Of a stretch of DNA of 64,000 nt, positions 50,039 to 58,985 are shown piece after piece. The position numbers and the translations under genes were made by a program. The DNA lies in NCBI GenBank assembly GCA_040901675.1, contig JBBDYJ010000025.1, forward strand, positions 287,943 through 351,942. The letters are read 5' to 3'. The notes below the pieces were generated by a model, which was given only the letters and a program-made list of their open reading frames with translations, did no database searches and was not told the origin of the DNA. Every line of letters starts with the position of its first letter. Positions within the stretch are counted from its first letter, which is position 1. The stretch comes from Pirellulales bacterium (lineage in GTDB: Bacteria; Planctomycetota; Planctomycetia; Pirellulales; JAICIG01).

Positions 50039-51319
50039 ATGTTGAGCATTCTGGGCCAGGGGACGAAGCTGTGCGACGGCATCACCCGCCGCGAGCTGCT
50101 CCGCGTCGGCGGCCTCGCCTTCGCCGGCCTCACGCTGGCCGACGTCTTGCGGCTCCGCGCCGCCGCCGCCCCGGATTCGCGCCGGGGCAAGTCGGTCATC
50201 ATGATCTGGCTGCGAGGCGGCCCCTCGCACATCGACAGCTACGACATGAAGCCCGCCGCCCCCGCCGAGGTCCGCGGCGAGTTCCGACCCATCCCCACGA
50301 ACGTGCCGGGCATCGAGATCTGCGAGCTCATGCCCCGCCAGGCGCAGATCATGGACAAGCTGGCCATCGTCCGCGGCATCCGCTCCAACGACCTGGGCGA
50401 CCACACTCCGCATTACATCCTGACCGGCTTCCCCGACCGCGGCAAGCGGCCCGCGCTGGGATCGGTCGTCAGCTATCTCCGCCCGCCCACCGGCGGCCTG
50501 CCCCCCTACGTGAGCATGATGTACCGGCCCGACGGCACGCATGAAAACCCAACCTACACCGGCCCCGCCCATCGTCCCTTTGTGCCCCGCGGCGCAGGCC
50601 TGGCCGACCTGCAACTGGCGCGGGGCGTCTCGCTGGAGCGTTTGCACGAGCGCAGCGCTCTGCTCGACCAGTTCGACGGCCTGCGCCGCGCGGTCGACGA
50701 CCGGGCCGCCGCCGGGATCGACGCCTTCCGGCAGCGGGCGCTGGAGATCATCACGTCGCCTGGGGCCCGTGATGCGTTCGACCTCTCCAAGGAGTCTCCC
50801 CGGACGCACGAGCGCTACGGCAAGTTCTGCCAAGACTTCCTGCTGGCGCGGCGGCTGGTCGAGGCCGGCGTCTCGGTGGTGACGCTCAAGGTTGGCGACT
50901 GGGACACCCACGAGCACAACTTCCGCGACATGCGGGACCAGTTGCCGCAGCTCGACCAGGGCTTCCACGCTTTGGTCACCGATTTGCACGACCGCGGCCT
51001 GGGCAACGACGTGGCGGTCGTGATGTGGGGCGAGTTCGGCCGGGCCCCGCGCATCTCGCGCATCGCGGGCCGCGATCACTGGCCCGAAGCCGGGGCGGCC
51101 ATCCTCGCCGGCGGTGGCTTCGCCGCCGGCCAGGCGATCGGCGCGACCGACGCCCACGCCGGCCAGTCCAGGGGCACTCCCTACACGCCCAGCAACGTGC
51201 TGGCCACCCTCTATCATCACTTAGGCATCGACCCGCTCCTTACGATCCCCGACCACGCCAACCGGCCCATGCACCTGCTCGACGATCGCCACCCCATCCG
51301 CGAGCTCACCCCCGGCTAG
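50039..51319 (+). CDS. DUF1501-domain protein
   Basis: Tat-like TRRELL, GGPSHIDSYDMKP, LLARRLVEAGV, WDTH, GEFGRAP, GRDHWP. Confidence 0.92.
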   Translation: MLSILGQGTKLCDGITRRELLRVGGLAFAGLTLADVLRLRAAAAPDSRRGKSVIMIWLRGGPSHIDSYDMKPAAPAEVRGEFRPIPTNVPGIEICELMPRQAQIMDKLAIVRGIRSNDLGDHTPHYILTGFPDRGKRPALGSVVSYLRPPTGGLPPYVSMMYRPDGTHENPTYTGPAHRPFVPRGAGLADLQLARGVSLERLHERSALLDQFDGLRRAVDDRAAAGIDAFRQRALEIITSPGARDAFDLSKESPRTHERYGKFCQDFLLARRLVEAGVSVVTLKVGDWDTHEHNFRDMRDQLPQLDQGFHALVTDLHDRGLGNDVAVVMWGEFGRAPRISRIAGRDHWPEAGAAILAGGGFAAGQAIGATDAHAGQSRGTPYTPSNVLATLYHHLGIDPLLTIPDHANRPMHLLDDRHPIRELTPG

Positions 51320-51745
51320 TTGCTGGTTGCTGGTTGGATCTTGGATCTTTGTGCTTGGATCTTGGTCCTTGGAGCTTGGATCTTGGCGGAGGATCGCCTT
51401 GTCGCCTTGTCGGTCCTCCTCCTCCCCTCATGCCCCCACCGCCCCATCACCCATCGCCCCACCGCCTCCGCATACTAACCCGACGCGCCGGCGCCCACAC
51501 TAACCCGACGCGCCAGCGAGAGGCGTCCGACACAACCCCGATGCGCCGGGGCCTTCCGCCGCAGGCGCTTGCCTTCTGGAGGATTGCCTGGGCTCCTTGT
51601 CGCTTGCTGCGAGTCCTCCTCTCGCGGATCGCCTGGTCTTCTTGTCTCCTTGTCGTGCTTCCCTCGCCCCATCCCCCCTTCGTCCGGGGATCGTGTGCTG
51701 GCGTTGACGGTCGTTGTGGGTGGGCTAGAACGTCGTTTTGCCTAT

Positions 51746-51807
51746 CGGGGCGCTAGAGCGCTACGTTCGGGACGTAGAGGTCGCTGGTTCAAATCCAGTC
51801 GCCCCGA
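51746..51807 (+). tRNA. tRNA-Pro(CGG) lacking most of the D-arm (about 12-13 nt short); possibly non-functional
   Basis: Acceptor CGGGGCG/CGCCCCG, anticodon arm CTACG-TTCGGGA-CGTAG, T-arm GCTGG-TTCAAAT-CCAGT; only CTAGAGCG between acceptor and anticodon stems. Confidence 0.8.
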
Positions 51808-51821
51808 CTTTGCCTCCTACG

Positions 51822-51856
51822 AAAGCCCACCGCAGGGAACTGCGGTGGGCTTTTTG
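51822..51856 (+). terminator. Intrinsic terminator after the tRNA
   Basis: AAAGCCCACCGCAG-ggaa-CTGCGGTGGGCTTTTT. Confidence 0.85.
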
Positions 51857-51979
51857 CTTAAATTCAGGCGTTTTCGGGCTTCTGCGCTCTGGTTCAAAAA
51901 ATGGGGGAAACGGTAGGGGTTCTTTTTGGCTTTTGTCGTAACATCCTTACCCCCTTGTCTTTCCGCAGTTCAAACGCCT

Positions 51980-52780
51980 CCCATCAAAAAGGTGCGAGAC
52001 GACGTGCCCACCTTCCTTGGCAACATGCTCCACATCCTGCCGAAAAACGTCCGCCATACAACCCGCGTGCCCATCGGCACCTACCGGGGCTTGCGATTCG
52101 GCATCTTGCTTCATCCGAAGTTCCCGCCCGATGTGTATCTTGAAGGAGCCACCACGCGGCAGACATCGCTATTGCGGGAACACCAGGGACCGCGTGCCGT
52201 GCTGAACGCACTGGAGCGGCTGGCAAGTGCTTACGGCTCCGAATGCGACCGCGTGCGCCGCGACCTTGGCATCGCCGAATCACAGCTACGCGACTAACAG
52301 ACCCGCCCTGGCAATCCCTTCACCCACGAAACGTACCTGTCCGATTTGACCGGGTTGCGTGACCAGCTCAAAGCGAAACTGTCCGCAACGGGACACGGTT
52401 CCGACGAAGGGGAGGGAACGGGTGCATTCGAACTGGCCGAGCGGATCAAGGCACGGAAGGCCGCGAACAGCGTCGAGGCCACGCCACAGCGCGTCCGGCA
52501 GAAGCATTCCTCCGCCGAGGAACCCGTCACCTCCCGCATCCGCCGCCGGACGGAGGCATCCAATCCAACGATCCTGCCTGACGCCGCCGCTTCGGCGGCA
52601 GGGACATCCCCGCCGCGCGAATCCGTCGCCCAGGCCATTCCTGAAGACCTCACGCCTTCTGCGCCTTCTTCCGAACTTCCCGGCACGACCCGGAATTCAT
52701 CCATCAAGTCCGAGATGACCTTCCAGGAACGCATCGCGATGGAGCGGCGACGGACCGAGGGTCCGGAAATCCTGTTGTAA
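51980..52780 (+). pseudogene. C-terminal remnant of a large mobile-element helicase/DNA-methylase with an in-frame TAA
   Basis: ORFs 51926-52297 and 52346-52780 share a frame (QLRD*QTRPGNPFTHETYL..L..LRDQL); IGTYRGL.F motif. Confidence 0.55.
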
Positions 52781-52842
52781 AAGCGTTGCCCACGGTTACC
52801 TGCAAGTGCGTGAACTTCCAAAAAAAATCCGTCCGCCGGCGC

Positions 52843-52871
52843 TTGACGCCTGACTCTTCGCCGCATATTCT
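52843..52871 (+). promoter_or_regulatory. Sigma-70-like promoter for the protease-precursor pair
   Basis: TTGACG-17 nt-TATTCT. Confidence 0.55.
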
Positions 52872-52973
52872 CTGCCTTCACTAGATTGCCATTTTACTTT
52901 CAGGCGGCGCTCGCTCAACGGCCTTCAAAGAAGACTCGGCGCCTTGAGTGTGCGTTCCGAGCCGGAGTGCCAC

Positions 52974-54956
52974 ATGCTTCTTAGCGAGGATCATGCTGAA
53001 ACCCTACCGGGGATCGATGACCTCATTGACGGTCTGGCCGAACTCTGGGAAGAGACCACAGGCGACGAGAAGGTATGCATTGCCATTCTGGATGGTCCCG
53101 TTGATCTCACCCATCCAAGCTTGGCGGGAGCGGATTTCACCGAGATCGACACGCTTGCCTCTGGCGCAGCTGCGAGCGGCCCAGTTGCTGAACATGGGAC
53201 TCAGGTGGCCAGCGTGATTTTTGGGCAACATGTCGGCCCCGTAAAGGGAATCGCGCCGAAATGCCGTGGCTTGATTGCCCCCATTTTCACCGACGTGGTT
53301 GATGGCGTTCCATTGCCATGCTCGCAAATTGACTTGGCTAGGGCACTCCTCCAGGTGCTCCAGGCCGGAGCAAAGATCATCAACATCAGTGGAGGGCAGT
53401 TTTCACCTTCAGGCACCGCTCACCCCGTCCTCACTGATGCAGTTCGGACCTGCGTGCAAAACGGTGCTCTCATCGTCGCGGCCGCTGGCAACCAAGGGTG
53501 CGATTGTCTTCACATCCCTGGATCACTGCCTTCCGTCTTGGCTGTTGGGGCGATGAATGCTCAGGGAGACCCGTTGCCGTTCAGCAATTGGGGGTCTGCC
53601 TACCAGGCCCAGGGGATCCTGGCTCCTGGCGAAAACATCCTGGTGGCCGTACCTGGCGGAAGAACAGATACGGGCAGCGGAACGAGCTTTGCCACCCCTA
53701 TCGTGACAGGTGTGGCTGCCCTGTTGCTGAGTCTTCAGCTCAAACGTGGGCAGAGGCCAGACGCGGCGGCTGTTCGCGAGGCCCTCCTCCGGAGCGCCTT
53801 GGGTTGCGATTTCCAGCCCACCGCCGAGTGTGAGCGACTCTTGGCGGGTCGGCTTGACGTTAACGGAGCAGTTTCGATAATCAACCTCGGAGAACGCATT
53901 ATGACGAGTACGACGACACAAACCGAGTCAATGCCCTCGATTGCGCCCACGGAGAATCCTAAGGCGAACGATCATGTCAGGCCGGGGAGCATTCCGGTTA
54001 GCGCGGCCCAGGTCGAACTTATTGAGCGAGCATCCCCACCCACACCAACAACCACGTCGCGGAGCGAGCAACTGCGAGCAGATATGGGCATGATTGCCCC
54101 ATCCGCATGCGGTTGTGGGGGAGGCGCCTCTTCGCCTCAGCTAGCCTATGTCTTGGGACAACTTGGTTACGATTTAGGCACCGAGGCGCGCCGGGATTCG
54201 TTCATCCAAAACATGAATGAGCCTGCGCCAGAAACTCGTGGGAATCCGTACGATCCCAAGCAACTTCTGAACTACCTCCAGGACAATCCGTTTGGCGCTG
54301 CCTCGCTCATCTGGACGCTCAACCTGGACGCTACGGTGATCTACGCCGTGATGCCGAGTGGGCCGTATGCCAGCGAAGCATATCAGCGTCTCCGCCAGTT
54401 TCTCCAGGAACAACTTACGGAAGGCGTCGAACGCATTTCCATTCCAGGAATCGTTGCGGGTAAAGTCCGGCTAATCAACGGGCAGGTTGTCCCGGCGATT
54501 ATTCCGGAGATTCGGGGCATGTGCAGTTGGACAACTGGGGCACTGGTTCAAGCAGTTATCGGCGCCCCTCTCCCCGACTCAGCAACTGAGTCGGACAAGC
54601 ATGAAAGAACTGTCCGAGAAAATAGCGTTCGCGAGTTTCTGGACCGCATTTACTTCGAGCTTCGTAACCTTGGCACCACGCCCCAGGATCGTGCCGTCAA
54701 CTACGCTGGCACGAATGCCTTCAACATCGATAAGGCGTTCGAATCGGCCGCCAAAGAAGATATGAACCTTGATTCGATCGAGGTCGGACGCAGTCCAATC
54801 TGTCGGCCCGATTCCGATTGCTGGGACGTGAAGCTCTTATTCTTCTTCCCGAATCGACAAGTCCAGACGGTTCGCAAGGCGTATCGATTCACGGTTGACG
54901 TGAGCGATGTCGTCCCGGTCACCGTTGGGCCAGTGCGGTCGTGGTTTGTGAGATGA
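52974..54956 (+). CDS. PatA/PatG-family cyanobactin maturation protease (S8 domain plus C-terminal PatA/G DUF), PatA-type
   Basis: AILDGPVD / EHGTQVAS / GTSFATP triad, INISGG, AAAGN.GC.CLH.P, GILAPGENI; DUF motifs LGYDLGTEARRDSF, ELRNLG....DRAVNYA.TN, SPICRPDSDCWDV, FTVDVSDV.PVT.G..R.W. Confidence 0.9.
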   Translation: MLLSEDHAETLPGIDDLIDGLAELWEETTGDEKVCIAILDGPVDLTHPSLAGADFTEIDTLASGAAASGPVAEHGTQVASVIFGQHVGPVKGIAPKCRGLIAPIFTDVVDGVPLPCSQIDLARALLQVLQAGAKIINISGGQFSPSGTAHPVLTDAVRTCVQNGALIVAAAGNQGCDCLHIPGSLPSVLAVGAMNAQGDPLPFSNWGSAYQAQGILAPGENILVAVPGGRTDTGSGTSFATPIVTGVAALLLSLQLKRGQRPDAAAVREALLRSALGCDFQPTAECERLLAGRLDVNGAVSIINLGERIMTSTTTQTESMPSIAPTENPKANDHVRPGSIPVSAAQVELIERASPPTPTTTSRSEQLRADMGMIAPSACGCGGGASSPQLAYVLGQLGYDLGTEARRDSFIQNMNEPAPETRGNPYDPKQLLNYLQDNPFGAASLIWTLNLDATVIYAVMPSGPYASEAYQRLRQFLQEQLTEGVERISIPGIVAGKVRLINGQVVPAIIPEIRGMCSWTTGALVQAVIGAPLPDSATESDKHERTVRENSVREFLDRIYFELRNLGTTPQDRAVNYAGTNAFNIDKAFESAAKEDMNLDSIEVGRSPICRPDSDCWDVKLLFFFPNRQVQTVRKAYRFTVDVSDVVPVTVGPVRSWFVR

Positions 54957-55015
54957 TGGCTTGAACGGCCTTTAGCAAGGTCTTCTTTTCCTGGTACACG
55001 AGGGAGAAACTTGTC

Positions 55016-55300
55016 ATGCGAATTCCTACGCAAAAGATTGGCATTACCCGAGGTCAGCGACCTGCGTCGGTAGGCACAAGTAATGGAGCAGGCATTGAGC
55101 CTTCTTCTTGCCGGTCGGGTCCGATGTCTACCTTTACCAACTATGTGGCAAGCTGTACTTTTGGCTGTTCCGGAGACTACAGCGTCACGACCAGCGGTTC
55201 GGGGACATCTCCAGCAGCTGCTCGGACGGCTTCGGAGAATGCTGCCGTTCTTCAGGGTTGCACTATTACCAGCTACGGTACCTGTACCATAACCCCGTAG
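55016..55300 (+). CDS. Putative protease substrate / RiPP-like precursor (30-aa leader ending GIEPS, 64-aa Cys/Ser/Thr-rich core)
   Basis: GGGAG RBS; 59 nt after the protease; MRIPTQ...R leader; GIEPS resembles PatE GVEPS/GLEAS. Confidence 0.7.
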   Translation: MRIPTQKIGITRGQRPASVGTSNGAGIEPSSCRSGPMSTFTNYVASCTFGCSGDYSVTTSGSGTSPAAARTASENAAVLQGCTITSYGTCTITP

Positions 55301-55407
55301 TTGCAGCCGGTGTTGGCCAACTTTCGGCGTCCGGCGCATTTCCGCCGCCATCGACCGATGACTGTAGCGTCGCGCTGATTTACGCCCGAAAACGCGTCCG
55401 TGTGTCG

Positions 55408-55845
55408 TGTCAGTGGGCGCTTAAAGGAGACCAGCGCGGGGCGCTTCAAAGGAGACCAGTTGGACTAGAAAGGCATGAACTGCTCGGCTTGGTGGTTCGG
55501 CGAGATGCAACCAACGACGGAGACGGCTCATGGCGAACCAACTGGCGATGGATAAGGTCCAGGCCATCAAGAGTTTACGAGCGGCTGGCATGACTGAGCG
55601 GCGGATCGCCCGCACGCTGGCCATCAGCCGCAAGGCCGTGCGGCGGCATTTGGGGCGGATGCGTCAAAGGAGCACAGGACACCAAAGCGCCCAGCGGCGA
55701 GCGCCCACCGGCTCCGACGATCCAAAAAATACCAAAGCACCAACCGGGTCCGACGACCTCAACAGTCACCTGGAAAGCCCGCCGGCGGAGGCTTCCCGCA
55801 GCCTCTGCCGGTGCCTACCGCGAGGCCATCCTGGCCAAGCCAACG
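55408..55845 (+). mobile_element. IS21-family left end with truncated, frameshifted istA
   Basis: TGT start with repeated GGGCGCTT(C)AAAGGAGACCAG; MANQLAMDK...RRIARTLAISRKAVRRHL HTH at 55530; YREAILAK in another frame, then ends. Confidence 0.72.
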
Positions 55846-56485
55846 AACTCCCAAACGCCTGGGTCATGCATAGCTTCGTAGACGATCCGCTGCCCGTTGC
55901 CTCATGTCGGAGAGGTTCGCGGGCTGAAAAACAGGTTTGAAGGGGGCTGGCCCCCCAGGTCGACTCCCAGACCGCCAGCCCTGCCGCCAGGTCGATTGGT
56001 GCACACGCTTCCGGCCTACGGCTCGCTGCAAACGCCGAGCGACCATCCGTCGAAGAAGCCGCCTCTGCGGTGATAGCGCTCGATTGCCCCGCTTCCAGAT
56101 CGGCCGATCGCCCAGCGACTGCGGGTCGGCGGCCAGTGCGCCCACGGCCGCATCGGCCAATGCGCGATGCACGCGTCCGTGGCGTGCCTCGGTGGCGTCG
56201 ACAATCGACAGCGTCATCTGGTCGCCCATCGTTTCCCTCCGCGGTTTTGGCGTAAAGCGTCCGCCCGGCCCAGCGCCCGCAGGTTAGATCCCCCCAGCCG
56301 CCACCGCAAGGAAAAAAGCCGGCTTCTGGGACCGGCTAAGGATGCCATGGCGAAAGCACGGCAGATGTTTTTGGAGCCGAATCCTGTCCGGCCGTCGTGC
56401 CAGGAAGGTCCCGCTTTCAGTGCCCTCGTGGTGCAACAGGTTGATACTCCAAATCCGCACGGTCAGCCCTGGGCTGACAGAAGAA

Positions 56486-58441
56486 TCAAGGCCCGCGATA
56501 ATACGTAATGAGCGGAGGATGCTGATCGTCTGTCGGCGTCATCAACCGTTCGCTCACCTCCACGTTGGCTGGTTCCGATGCAATGTACTCCTTGTCGATT
56601 ATAATGATCTGTGTGCCTGCGAGTGCCCCGCGCGCCAGCCCGTAGAGGTACTGGTAGAACGCTACGAATACGTCACGGTTCACGTCTTCGCCGATGTTCT
56701 TCATCGGCGTATCGATAATCAGGAACCGCGGTAGCGGCAGCAGCGACCGCTCTGATGCCACCTTATGGACCGCGAGGGCGTAGCAGACGTTGAGCAGCGT
56801 CTTCTTGCCACCACTTCCAGTGTTGTAAAAATCCCAACGCAGAGCTTCGTCGCCACGTGGAAGAATTGAGGGAATCCAAGTTTTCCGATTGAGCGTGACA
56901 GTATCGTCAGGACTTACGCCCGGAAGCCGAACGGCCAATAGGGCCGCCAGAAAGCTCTTCTCAATCTCCGTTACAATATCCTCTGCCGTCGTGAGGCCGC
57001 CCCGCTCCTCTTCGATTTCTCGACGGATTCGGTCCTCCTCGCCACGCAGCTTGTCTGCCTCGTCCCGGAGTTCGCGGATAGCTTCAGGCATTCTCCGCAG
57101 GCGTTCCAGGTTTCGAAGACGCTCCCCGCAGACGGCCACCTGCCGGTCCACCTCACGGGACTGGGCCAGGAATGCTGAGTCGTAGTTGTGCAGTTCCGTC
57201 GTGAGCCGATCGTCTAGATCGAGCTTGTTTCGCCGCAGGTGTTCGATCCGGTGCTCCTGCCTCTTGGCAGCTTTTCGTGCCCGCTCCAAAGAATCCGCAA
57301 GCTCCTCAGCACGGGCCGTGAGATCCTTTCGAACAATTTCTGCAGCCGGCAAACTTTGAGGTTCGCTTGGGCCTGGTGTTCGCCCGCAAAGGTAGCAGAC
57401 GGTCGCCTCCCGATCACTCTCGGCTGGTAAACGTGTGCCGCACGCTGGGCACATCTCAAATTGCACTCCGGAGAGCACGGAGGACGCTGCCTCAGTCCTC
57501 GCCAATTTGAACTTCGCGGAAACAAGCTCCGCTCGAAGTGCCTCTTGCTCGGAGACCCTATTCTGAAGATCAAGCAGGACTTGCTCTTCCCGGCCCAACT
57601 CTTGACTGAGCCTCCTTAGCTCGTTACGAAGTCCATCAACTGGATGAGCTTCGGGAACAACGCCCTCTCGAAGTCGGCCTTGTTCTTGGACGGCACGGTC
57701 GCGGTCGGCCGACACCTCAGATATCTCAGCCTGGACGTCCGCTTCGGTGCCAAACCCGAACTGAACCAAGAACCGTTGGATCTGATCTGCGGTCGCGAGA
57801 TTCGTAGATCGCTTCGTCTGCGTCTGTTCCAAACGCTCATCGAGTTGTTGCAGCCGTTCTGTATAGTAGCCGACGACAAAGCGCATTACGTCGCGGCTTT
57901 TGAGGCTAGTGAAAGGCTCCTTGAGGCGGAAGAACGTCGAGTCGAGGTGTGCCTGTTCGAGATAGCAATACCACATTACGTCTCGGAAGCTGAGCCGAAT
58001 CATCGGCGAGGTTTCGTCATGCTTGCTCCTACGCACCTTGATCGGCACAACCCCAACGAGGTGGAATATCAGGTCGCTGAGATTGAAGATACTCTCGTCA
58101 AAAATCGGGTTGTTTGGGTTAGCCTGCACCGGTGCCAGTACGCTGCCGGAGACTCCATCGGGACTTGTCCACGTCACCTGCACTTGGTTCGAACCGTGAG
58201 CCTCTCTTTCGAAAAGGACTTCCTGATCACGGATACGAGCCGCAAGAGCCACGGACACTAATTCCTGCGTCAGGGCCGTCGTTCTTTCCAGCTCACCGCC
58301 TAAGCAAAAGTCAACGAGTCGAGCGATTGATGACTTCCCGGCACCGATCGGACCATGAAAGAAGGAAACGTGTGTGACAAACGGGATCACTTCCCGGGAC
58401 TGTTTGCACTGAAGGGTTAGCGTTAGCAGCCTAATGTTCAT
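56486..58441 (-). CDS. lmuB: SMC/Rad50-like ABC ATPase, Lamassu LmuB-like
   Basis: Walker A GPIGAGKS, long coiled coils around CPACG/CYLCG, GSGG signature, Walker B LIIDTP, QIIIID. Confidence 0.75.
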   Translation of the reverse strand: MNIRLLTLTLQCKQSREVIPFVTHVSFFHGPIGAGKSSIARLVDFCLGGELERTTALTQELVSVALAARIRDQEVLFEREAHGSNQVQVTWTSPDGVSGSVLAPVQANPNNPIFDESIFNLSDLIFHLVGVVPIKVRRSKHDETSPMIRLSFRDVMWYCYLEQAHLDSTFFRLKEPFTSLKSRDVMRFVVGYYTERLQQLDERLEQTQTKRSTNLATADQIQRFLVQFGFGTEADVQAEISEVSADRDRAVQEQGRLREGVVPEAHPVDGLRNELRRLSQELGREEQVLLDLQNRVSEQEALRAELVSAKFKLARTEAASSVLSGVQFEMCPACGTRLPAESDREATVCYLCGRTPGPSEPQSLPAAEIVRKDLTARAEELADSLERARKAAKRQEHRIEHLRRNKLDLDDRLTTELHNYDSAFLAQSREVDRQVAVCGERLRNLERLRRMPEAIRELRDEADKLRGEEDRIRREIEEERGGLTTAEDIVTEIEKSFLAALLAVRLPGVSPDDTVTLNRKTWIPSILPRGDEALRWDFYNTGSGGKKTLLNVCYALAVHKVASERSLLPLPRFLIIDTPMKNIGEDVNRDVFVAFYQYLYGLARGALAGTQIIIIDKEYIASEPANVEVSERLMTPTDDQHPPLITYYRGP

Positions 58442-58985
58442 GAGTTATCTCCGCCCCTAGTCGTAAGGTCCCAATTTCGGGGAACGTGTCGTAGATGAAC
58501 TTCATCAGCTTGGTCGCACTCAGGTCTAGGTACCTCTTTAGGAGCTTTGCCCGTCTTAGGACATCCTGATTCGCGTCGTCTTGGGAAAGGCGATCCGCGA
58601 CCGTATGACCCGGTGCCGTTAGGCCGATATGGATTGTTCGACGCTCGGTAGTGACGGTGGCCAGCCCCCTGGCAACCAACAAGTTCAGGAACCGACGATA
58701 CCGGAAATCCCAGGGCCCGTAGCGAAACCGCACCATTGCGGATTCGACGCTCTTTCGTTCGTGTTCCTGAACGTGAGCGCTCGCGGGATTGGCCCCTCGC
58801 TTCGGCAGGGCACGTTCTAGAAACACCGGATACCTCAACAGGAAGTCCAGCTTGGCCAGCTTTGTCAGGCCCTCTACTGTGTCAGAACCATCCCTTCCCG
58901 AGAACGCCTTCAAAAGAACAAGAAGACGGCCAAGATGTAGATCGTCATTGCCCTCCAGGTCAGCGAGCACGTCGAATAGGCTCAT
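58431..58985 (-). CDS. lmuC: ABC three-component middle component, LmuC-like
   Basis: Overlaps both neighbours; KLAKLDFLLRYP...RYGPWD..Y winged-helix-like pattern. Confidence 0.6.
   Translation of the reverse strand: MSLFDVLADLEGNDDLHLGRLLVLLKAFSGRDGSDTVEGLTKLAKLDFLLRYPVFLERALPKRGANPASAHVQEHERKSVESAMVRFRYGPWDFRYRRFLNLLVARGLATVTTERRTIHIGLTAPGHTVADRLSQDDANQDVLRRAKLLKRYLDLSATKLMKFIYDTFPEIGTLRLGAEITHEH

Noticed and set aside
52295..52297. Programmed stop-codon readthrough in the helicase remnant
   Set aside because: The codon is TAA in an already 5'-truncated gene; a simple nonsense mutation is more likely.
52974..54956. PatG-type macrocyclase or a complete cyanobactin cluster
   Set aside because: Asp-His spacing of 34 shows no macrocyclase insertion; no oxidase domain, AYD follower or tailoring genes in the window.
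55864..56480. ORFs between the IS21 remnant and lmuB
   Set aside because: No recognisable motif; may be a degraded gene, but no call can be supported.
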